A DNA stretch of 35,160 nucleotides from Deinococcales bacterium (lineage in GTDB: Bacteria; Deinococcota; Deinococci; Deinococcales; JAAFIG01): assembly GCA_031414595.1 (NCBI GenBank), contig JANNVX010000056.1, positions 1 to 35,160 on the forward strand, read 5' to 3'. Shown here in pieces: positions 1 through 4,910 of this stretch (the stretch's first letter is position 1; the number at the start of each line of letters is the position of its first letter). Made by a program: the position numbers and the translations under genes. The notes beneath the pieces are model-generated. The model had not been told where the DNA came from. It did not search any database and saw only the letters and a program-made list of their open reading frames with translations.

Positions 1-143
1 GGACGTGTTGCGGAATACGAAGTGGTATTGCTCTGATTGGTTTATGGAGATTGCTTGTGGTTTGCATAACCTTCGCTGTGCTTTTCGCAAACGGGCTTTG
101 CGGAAATCGAGCTAGTTTCTTATTTCCGATAACGTCTATTAAA

Positions 144-227
144 AGGAATCGGAGGGATTTGAACCCTCGAGACATCAGTCTTTCTTCTTTAGCAAAGAAG
201 TGCAATAAACCACTCTGCCACGATTCC
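144..227 (-). tRNA. tRNA-Ser(GCT), duplicate copy without encoded CCA
   Basis: Identical to 949-1032. GGAATCG/CGATTCC acceptor, CTTCT-TTGCTAA-AGAAG anticodon arm, long variable arm; followed by TTT rather than CCA. Confidence 0.8.
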
Positions 228-229
228 AT

Positions 230-347
230 TGGCGAGTCTGACAGGATTTGAACCTGCAACAATACGTGTTGGAGACGTACTTTTTGCCCCTTAAAGCAGC
301 ACCTGACGGGCTTGGGGCGCTCCCTTAGCTAGTCGGGATTCAGACTC
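230..347 (-). pseudogene. tRNA-Trp(CCA)-like duplicate carrying a ~40-nt insertion between the D arm and anticodon arm
   Basis: Matches 1035-1112 except that 42 nt (280-321) replace 2 nt, plus one D-loop substitution. Confidence 0.7.
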
Positions 348-569
348 TTAAAATTCAAGATTTACAACACTATCAGCAGCAAAATCAGAATTCTTGACTT
401 TCTTAATCAATTCAGAAAGGCGCATCGAAACCGCCATTGAAAACACCTGATGTTCTTCGCCACTTTGTTCTCGAGCCACCGAGATTGGAACACCAGAAAC
501 AACCACCTGCACACCTTTTTTGGTGATGTAAGTGTAATCAATTCTAGTTTCGGGAGCAATCACATTCAT
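348..569 (-). CDS. Putative antitoxin, YgiT-type zinc-finger-like fold but lacking cysteines
   Basis: 73 aa ORF with GAGG RBS; VVVSGVP motif resembles YgiT-type xxIxxVP; lies directly downstream of a DUF4258-like ORF. Confidence 0.5.
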   Translation of the reverse strand: MNVIAPETRIDYTYITKKGVQVVVSGVPISVAREQSGEEHQVFSMAVSMRLSELIKKVKNSDFAADSVVNLEF

Positions 570-597
570 GTTGACCTCGAGTATACGACTAAAGCAC

Positions 598-921
598 TTA
601 AATTGTATGAACTGTAATCACAATGTAGGAATCAAAAAACGAAACCTTGACGCGAATCCAACGCTTATCGGGAATCTGATACTCGAAATTAATTCCTGCC
701 ATACGAGATAAATTATTATTTGGCAAATCTTTAGAAACTGCTTTACCAAACAAAATAGCTTCAAACAAGGCAACTGGTGCAATATCTTCATCTTGGGCTG
801 CTACAAATGCGTGAGGATGAATTTTGATTTCCTCGCGCCATAGTGCAGTATGAATAAAATCCAATTCCCACTCGAGAATATCCGAAGTTGAAAAATCGAA
901 ACCAGTGGGTAAATCAGGCAC
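598..921 (-). CDS. DUF4258-like putative RNase toxin
   Basis: 107 aa; H-P-H-A...I....L.EAI..G and C-terminal IVITVH pattern typical of DUF4258 proteins; TATACT 5 nt before the GTG start. Confidence 0.6.
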   Translation of the reverse strand: MPDLPTGFDFSTSDILEWELDFIHTALWREEIKIHPHAFVAAQDEDIAPVALFEAILFGKAVSKDLPNNNLSRMAGINFEYQIPDKRWIRVKVSFFDSYIVITVHTI

Positions 922-945
922 AAGAAAGTATACATTGAAAATTTT

Positions 946-1032
946 TGGAGGAATCGGAGGGATTTGAACCCTCGAGACATCAGTCTTTCTTCTTTAGCAA
1001 AGAAGTGCAATAAACCACTCTGCCACGATTCC
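946..1032 (-). tRNA. tRNA-Ser(GCT)
   Basis: Cloverleaf with anticodon loop TT-GCT-AA, long variable arm, GGTTCAAATCC T arm, encoded CCA. Confidence 0.9.
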
Positions 1033-1034
1033 AT

Positions 1035-1112
1035 TGGCGAGTCTGACAGGATTTGAACCTGCAACAATACGTGTTGGAGACGTAGACCCTTAGCCAGTCG
1101 GGATTCAGACTC
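1035..1112 (-). tRNA. tRNA-Trp(CCA), atypical D arm
   Basis: GAGTCTG/CAGACTC acceptor, TACGT-CTCCAAC-ACGTA anticodon arm, G73, encoded CCA; A instead of U at position 8. Confidence 0.8.
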
Positions 1113-1117
1113 AAAAG

Positions 1118-1198
1118 AGGAAAGCAAGGGAATCGAACCCTTGAAGCATAAGCCCAGCCGTTTTCAAAACGGTGTCCTCGACCCACCGGACGCTTTCC
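1118..1198 (-). tRNA. tRNA-Ser(TGA), atypical D arm, no encoded CCA
   Basis: GGAAAGC/GCTTTCC acceptor, anticodon loop TT-TGA-AA, variable arm, GGTTCGATTCC T arm. Confidence 0.75.
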
Positions 1199-1200
1199 AT

Positions 1201-1273
1201 TGGAGACCTCGCTCGGAATTGAACCGAGACTCTTTGGTTTGCAGCCAAAGCCCATGCCGTCTGGCTCGAGATC
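1201..1273 (-). tRNA. tRNA-Cys(GCA)
   Basis: TTTGG-CTGCAAA-CCAAA anticodon arm, U73, encoded CCA; weak D arm. Confidence 0.8.
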
Positions 1274-1280
1274 AAGATTT

Positions 1281-1493
1281 TGGTGGAGGAGGCGGGACTC
1301 GAACCCGCATATTCGGCACTGTCGGTTTTAGGAAACCCGCTTCCTGCGGCAAGTTACAAACCCACTCGAGATTCGTCGTCTCGAGTCGCCAGCCAGTGCA
1401 TCCGGAACCTCCGACGGTTTTTGACCTGTGCCGCAGCTATTACGCTTACCGAATCCAAGTTTTGCGGTGCGCTCCCGTTTGCGCTACTCCCCC
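1281..1493 (-). ncRNA. 213-nt tRNA(Ala)-like RNA with a large structured insertion (possible miniature tmRNA)
   Basis: GGGGGAG/CTCCTCC acceptor with G3:U70, A73 and CCA; GCGC-AAACGGGA-GCGC D arm; GCGGG-TTCGAGT-CCCGC T arm; ~160 nt between the D and T arms. Confidence 0.75.
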
Positions 1494-1504
1494 ATGTGAG
1501 ATTT

Positions 1505-1582
1505 TGGTGTTCCTTCAGGGACTCGAACCCAGACTTTTCAGTGTCTTAAGCACTGCGCCTCTACCAATTGGGCTAAAGAAAC
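1505..1582 (-). tRNA. tRNA-Leu(TAA), short variable region
   Basis: CAGTG-CTTAAGA-CACTG anticodon arm, A73, CCA. Confidence 0.85.
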
Positions 1583-1583
1583 A

Positions 1584-1659
1584 TGGTGCGTTCGGTAGGA
1601 GTCGAACCTACAGATTCTCGGGTTTGAACCGAACGAGTTTGCCATTCCTCTACAAACGC
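1584..1659 (-). tRNA. tRNA-Leu(CAA), short variable region
   Basis: TTCGG-TTCAAAC-CCGAG anticodon arm, A73, CCA. Confidence 0.85.
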
Positions 1660-1686
1660 AAATCTCGAGGATTACCCAAGAATTTT

Positions 1687-1762
1687 TGGTACGCCGAGCG
1701 GGACTCGAACCCGCAAGCTCCTCGTTCTAAGCGAGGTGAGTTTGCCATTTCTCTATCAGCGC
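1687..1762 (-). tRNA. tRNA-Leu(TAG), short variable region
   Basis: CCTCG-CTTAGAA-CGAGG anticodon arm, A73, CCA. Confidence 0.85.
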
Positions 1763-1788
1763 TTAATTCCCTCGAGACTCGAGGATTA

Positions 1789-1865
1789 TGGTGTCCATGA
1801 CGGGATTTGAACCCGTAAATTCTTGTCGCTCAAACAAGTGACTTTGCCAATTTGTCTACACGGAT
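1789..1865 (-). tRNA. tRNA-Leu(GAG), short variable region
   Basis: CTTGT-TTGAGCG-ACAAG anticodon arm, A1:C72 mismatch, A73, CCA. Confidence 0.8.
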
Positions 1866-1902
1866 ACAGTGGAAATTTGGTGCATGAACCCATATGATTC
1901 AT

Positions 1903-1978
1903 TGGTGCAGATTGGGAGAATCGAACTCCCGTTATTTGCATGGCAAGCAAGCGTCTTCAACCACTAGACGAAATCTGC
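1903..1978 (-). tRNA. tRNA-Gly(GCC)
   Basis: GCAGATT/AATCTGC acceptor, loop TT-GCC-AT, CCA; discriminator A73 (bacterial Gly usually U73). Confidence 0.85.
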
Positions 1979-1984
1979 AAAAAG

Positions 1985-2056
1985 CCTCTGCTTGTGTGGC
2001 AATTCTTTAAGCGGTGAATTGCCCTTTGCTCCCGCTCGAGCAAAGAAAAACAGAGG
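1985..2056 (-). ncRNA. Unknown three-way-junction RNA element with complementary hairpin loops
   Basis: Closing stem 1985-1990/2051-2056; 8-bp hairpins at 1998-2023 and 2024-2045; loops contain AGCGG and CCGCT. Confidence 0.5.
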
Positions 2057-2076
2057 TGAAGACCCAAAAGGGTCTG

Positions 2077-2150
2077 TGGAGCAGAAGGACAGGTTTCGCA
2101 CCTGCGTCTCGCCTCGGAAAAGGCGCATCTTGCATTTAGAAGACTTCTGC
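2077..2150 (-). tRNA. tRNA-Gly(TCC)-like, 6-nt anticodon loop, GTGC T loop
   Basis: GCAGAAG/CTTCTGC acceptor, U73, CCA; CGCCT-TTTCCG-AGGCG anticodon arm; T arm GCAGG-TGCGAAA-CCTGT. Confidence 0.65.
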
Positions 2151-2151
2151 A

Positions 2152-2227
2152 TGGAGCAGTCAGTGGGAATCGCACCCACATTCTCTGGTTGGAAGCCAGA
2201 CATCTTAAGCTATTGGACGATGACTGC
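2152..2227 (-). tRNA. tRNA-Gly(TCC), GTGC T loop
   Basis: TCTGG-CTTCCAA-CCAGA anticodon arm, T arm GTGGG-TGCGATT-CCCAC, U73, CCA. Confidence 0.85.
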
Positions 2228-2228
2228 A

Positions 2229-2306
2229 TGGAGGTTTTGACAGGAATCGAACCTGCGTTCTTTTGCTTACAAGGCAAGCGCTCGAGCCAACATGAGCTTC
2301 AAAACC
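2229..2306 (-). tRNA. tRNA-Thr(TGT)
   Basis: GGTTTTG/CAAAACC acceptor, loop CT-TGT-AA, CCA. Confidence 0.9.
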
Positions 2307-2349
2307 ATATGGCGTTGCTATTTTAGAACTATTTTAGTATCATTTATCC

Positions 2350-2754
2350 ATGAATCAGATTCTTAATATCCAATTAATTTCAGGTGATCAAATTTTATTA
2401 AGACTCGAGTATCCAACGACTATTTCTCGAGAGCTATTACTTGAGCGTATCCCGCTTCTTTTCGGAGAAGTTAAAGGAGTAAATACTATGAAAGTACCAA
2501 CTGGTGTCTCAAAATCATATATGCAACTTGCTCGTTTTCTTTTACAACAAGAAAATAATGAAATAAAAATTACTTTTTCGCAGCTTGAAAAGGAGTGGAA
2601 TCAACCGTTGCCACGTTCTGCTCGAGTGCATAGAGCTTGGTGGGGAAACACGGAAAATCCGACACATGTCCATGCGAGTTCTTGGATGCTAACTGGTTGG
2701 AAAGTAGAAACAATTGATCTCGAGAATGAGGTTGTCGAATTTATTAGGAACTAA
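2350..2754 (+). CDS. Small hypothetical protein, antisense to the tRNA array; C-terminal domain with TF..LE.....LP.SA..H..WW.N motif (DUF7662-like)
   Basis: 134 aa, AT-rich ORF; TATCAT 6 nt before ATG; an alternative start at MKVPTG has a GGAG RBS. Confidence 0.7.
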   Translation: MNQILNIQLISGDQILLRLEYPTTISRELLLERIPLLFGEVKGVNTMKVPTGVSKSYMQLARFLLQQENNEIKITFSQLEKEWNQPLPRSARVHRAWWGNTENPTHVHASSWMLTGWKVETIDLENEVVEFIRN

Positions 2755-2768
2755 AAAAGTTTTGAAAA

Positions 2769-2844
2769 TGGTGGGTTTCCTCGGGTTTGAACCGAGACCG
2801 CGCAGCTTAAAAGGCTGCTGCTCTACCAGTTGAGCTAAAAACCC
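2769..2844 (-). tRNA. tRNA-Lys(TTT)
   Basis: Canonical cloverleaf, GCAGC-CTTTTAA-GCTGC anticodon arm, CCA. Confidence 0.92.
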
Positions 2845-2870
2845 ATGTGGGACAAAATCAGTCCCATGTT

Positions 2871-2945
2871 TGGTGATCTCGAGGAGAATTGAACTCCTTC
2901 CTGTCGGGTGAAAACCGCGTATCCTGACCATTAGACGACGAGACC
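2871..2945 (-). tRNA. tRNA-Glu(TTC)
   Basis: GGTCTCG/CGAGATC acceptor, loop TT-TTC-AC, CCA; imperfect anticodon stem. Confidence 0.82.
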
Positions 2946-2948
2946 ATT

Positions 2949-3024
2949 TGGAAGGGAAACTGAGAGTCGAACTCAGATTTGACAGCTTCAAAGACTGTTG
3001 CGTTACCAATTACGCTATTTCCCT
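2949..3024 (-). tRNA. tRNA-Gln(TTG)
   Basis: ACAGT-CTTTGAA-GCTGT anticodon arm, CCA. Confidence 0.88.
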
Positions 3025-3035
3025 GTATTTCGGAA

Positions 3036-3119
3036 TCTCGAGCAAGTGATGTATCACATACAGGATTTGAACCTGCTCTCCGTGAGGATAACCAATAACT
3101 GTGATACTTCGGCTCGAGA
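3036..3119 (-). ncRNA. Candidate Y RNA (Ro60/Rsr-binding stem plus tRNA-like T arm)
   Basis: TCTCGAGC-C-GAAG...CACTT-GCTCGAGA terminal stem containing the GNCGAAG motif; inner stem GTATCACA/TGTGATAC; T arm GCAGG-TTCAAAT-CCTGT; no full anticodon arm. Confidence 0.65.
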
Positions 3120-3122
3120 AAA

Positions 3123-3422
3123 TTAAATGCTGACTGGTGCATAAATGCGAACTTCTGTTTCGAGGCGTGAGGCTAATTTTCGGCGTTCGATTTCAAGGTC
3201 AAAATTGGTTTGTAAGTTCAACCAGAAACGTTCTGAATTGCCAAAGAATCGTGCAAGTCGCAAGGCGGTTTCGGTACTAATGCCGCGTTTGCCAAGCACA
3301 ATTTCGTTAATACGACGGGCTGGCACACTGATATTTTGTGCAAGTCGGTATTGGCTAAGTCCAAGTGGCTCGAGAAATTCGTACTGTAGTATTTCGCCCG
3401 GGTGAACTGGTTCAAGTTTCAT
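3123..3422 (-). CDS. higA: HigA/VapI-family antitoxin (HTH XRE), no adjacent toxin
   Basis: HPGEIL..EFL.PLGLSQY.LA....V...RINEIV.GKR.IS..TALRL.RFFG.S..FWLNLQ signature. Confidence 0.9.
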   Translation of the reverse strand: MKLEPVHPGEILQYEFLEPLGLSQYRLAQNISVPARRINEIVLGKRGISTETALRLARFFGNSERFWLNLQTNFDLEIERRKLASRLETEVRIYAPVSI

Positions 3423-3438
3423 GCTTACCTATTGTACT

Positions 3439-3514
3439 TGGTCGAGAGACTTGGAATTGAACCAAGACTTACTGTGCTTCAGACAATCGTGCAGACCCAC
3501 TACACCATCTCTCG
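3439..3514 (-). tRNA. tRNA-Phe(GAA)
   Basis: CGAGAGA/TCTCTCG acceptor, ATTGT-CTGAAGC-ACAGT anticodon arm, CCA. Confidence 0.85.
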
Positions 3515-3516
3515 TT

Positions 3517-3589
3517 TGGGTGCGGTGGTGGGAGTTGAACCCACCAGCCGAGCTTATGAGACTCGGCGCATCACCGGACGCACACCGCA
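3517..3589 (-). tRNA. tRNA with CAT anticodon (Met, or Ile2 if lysidinylated), reduced D arm
   Basis: TGCGGTG/CACCGCA acceptor, loop CT-CAT-AA, CCA. Confidence 0.8.
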
Positions 3590-3617
3590 TTAAAGGTTGA
3601 CGCGCACACCGCATCAT

Positions 3618-3691
3618 TGGTCGAAGATGATGGAATCGAACCATCGTTGCCTGCATATCAGACAGGTGTCCTACCATTGGACGAATCTTCG
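3618..3691 (-). tRNA. tRNA-Ile(GAT)
   Basis: CCTGT-CTGATAT-GCAGG anticodon arm, CCA. Confidence 0.88.
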
Positions 3692-3748
3692 TTTCTCCTC
3701 GAGTTATTAGGAGGTAATACTCGAGGGGTGCGCTATTTTTTAGCGCTC

Positions 3749-3824
3749 TGGTCGGTGCGGTAGGGGTCGAACCTACGACTTCTGCTTTGTAAGAGCAGCA
3801 CTCATACCACTGAGTTACGCGCCG
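3749..3824 (-). tRNA. tRNA-Val(TAC)
   Basis: CTGCT-CTTACAA-AGCAG anticodon arm, CCA. Confidence 0.92.
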
Positions 3825-3856
3825 TTAATCTCGAGAACAGCAAAATTCTCGAGATA

Positions 3857-3931
3857 TGGTGGAAAAGATCGGATTTGAACCGATAACCTTCGCTGTGCAA
3901 AAGCGCTGCTCTCCCGTTGAGCTACTATCCC
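3857..3931 (-). tRNA. tRNA-Ala(TGC)
   Basis: G3:U70, loop TT-TGC-AC, A73, CCA. Confidence 0.9.
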
Positions 3932-3974
3932 ATGTGTGAACTGGTTACTATCCCATGTGGGGGTTTAACCCCTT

Positions 3975-4051
3975 TGGTCGAGCGTGCAAGAATTGAACTT
4001 GCCTAATGTCCTGTGTCCAAAACAGGAGACCCTCCTTGAGTCTGACGCTCG
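3975..4051 (-). tRNA. tRNA-Pro(TGG)
   Basis: C1:G72, A73, CCTGT-TTTGGAC-ACAGG anticodon arm, CCA. Confidence 0.85.
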
Positions 4052-4059
4052 AGAATTTA

Positions 4060-4133
4060 AGATTCGGATAGGAATTGAACCTATGACCTTTGGCTTCGCA
4101 TACCAATGCTCGTTTCCACTGAGCTACCGAATC
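4060..4133 (-). tRNA. tRNA-Arg(GCG), no encoded CCA
   Basis: GATTCGG/CCGAATC acceptor, TTGGT-ATGCGAA-GCCAA anticodon arm. Confidence 0.8.
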
Positions 4134-4141
4134 ATGATTAT

Positions 4142-4218
4142 TGGTGAACCGAGCAGGACTTGAACCTGCGGCTTCCATGTTAGAAGCATGGCACTCTGTT
4201 CCACTGAGTTATCGGTTC
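4142..4218 (-). tRNA. tRNA-Arg(TCT)
   Basis: CCATG-CTTCTAA-CATGG anticodon arm, CCA. Confidence 0.92.
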
Positions 4219-4225
4219 TTAAAGT

Positions 4226-4301
4226 TGGAGAATCGGGCAGGACTCGAACCCGCAACATCCACGTTCGACGCGTGGCGCTCTATCCTTTGAACTACCGATT
4301 C
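4226..4301 (-). tRNA. tRNA-Arg(TCG), G33
   Basis: CCACG-CGTCGAA-CGTGG anticodon arm, CCA. Confidence 0.82.
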
Positions 4302-4331
4302 AGGTACTCGTGTGAACTACCGATTCAAGTT

Positions 4332-4407
4332 TGGTAGCCGCGAACAAGTGGATTCTCGAGGGGCGTAATCATTGGAAGTGATAACCCTCGAGATTCGGCT
4401 CGCAGTT
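4332..4407 (-). ncRNA. Second candidate Y RNA
   Basis: CTGCGAGC-C-GAA...CCACTT-GTTCGCGG stem with the same motif as 3036-3119; inner stem TCTCGAGGG/CCCTCGAGA; ends in ACCA. Confidence 0.6.
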
Positions 4408-4408
4408 T

Positions 4409-4483
4409 TGGCGGTTCTAACGGGAATCGAACCCGTATTGCCTGAGAGACAGTCAAGCATCGTAGCCGTTGGAACATAGAACC
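4409..4483 (-). tRNA. tRNA-Asp(GTC)
   Basis: CTTGA-CTGTCTC-TCAGG anticodon arm, G73, CCA. Confidence 0.87.
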
Positions 4484-4511
4484 ATTTTCATGGTGTCAAA
4501 CACAGACCCTA

Positions 4512-4586
4512 TGGCTGACTCGGTAGGGATCGAACCTACGACAACCTGATTAACAGTCAGGCACTCTACCTCTGAGTCACGAGTCA
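4512..4586 (-). tRNA. tRNA-Asn(GTT)
   Basis: CCTGA-CTGTTAA-TCAGG anticodon arm, G73, CCA. Confidence 0.92.
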
Positions 4587-4591
4587 ATAAA

Positions 4592-4673
4592 TGGATACGG
4601 AAGGATTTGAACCTCCATTGTCTTTTAGACGCTTGGGCTACAACCAAGTGCAATACCGTTCTGCCACATACCC
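4592..4673 (-). tRNA. tRNA-Tyr(GTA), no encoded CCA
   Basis: CTTGG-TTGTAGC-CCAAG anticodon arm, variable arm GTCT-AAA-AGAC, A73. Confidence 0.87.
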
Positions 4674-4707
4674 ATGTGGATGACTGGTATGTCATCCGTA
4701 AAGCTCG

Positions 4708-4909
4708 AGGTGTACGCCCCAAGCGTGTATCGTCTTTAAGAATAATCGTGATTACACCGTACAGTGCAACAGCATTCACGTTTTCTAAGGGAGAAAAATT
4801 TGGCATTCGAGTTGTCAAGGAATTCACTCAGAGACGAGTTCTAGTCGTCGCAAGCAGTTTGGGTGTTGGTGCTTCTCGAGGACACGAATTCTCGAGTTGG
4901 CGTACACCT
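4708..4909 (-). ncRNA. Unknown ~200-nt multi-branched structured RNA
   Basis: Perfect 11-bp closing stem AGGTGTACGCC/GGCGTACACCT enclosing several hairpins; fills the gap between tRNA-His and tRNA-Tyr. Confidence 0.55.
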
Positions 4910-4910
4910 G

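Noticed and set aside
66-81. 16-nt match ATAACCTTCGCTGTGC to tRNA-Ala (3883-3898), possible att site
   Set aside because: A single 16-mer repeat in 35 kb is not very unlikely and there is no integrase. It also overlaps a possible RBS/ATG of an ORF leaving the window, which is too short to call.
1118-1198. Possible selenocysteine tRNA (GGAA start, TTCAAA visible on the plus strand)
   Set aside because: The gene is on the minus strand, where the loop reads TT-TGA-AA (Ser); the acceptor stem is 7 bp.
1281-1493. Group I intron-containing tRNA
   Set aside because: The insert is short for a group I intron, I could not find P7 core motifs, and removing it does not rebuild a 7-nt anticodon loop with a paired stem. 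Not fully excluded without a covariance search.
3696-3856. Spacer hairpins built from CTCGAG pairs (also 1771-1784) as separate ncRNAs
   Set aside because: They are short, explained by the abundant self-complementary hexamer, and lack the shared GCCGAA/CACTTG motif of the Y-RNA candidates.
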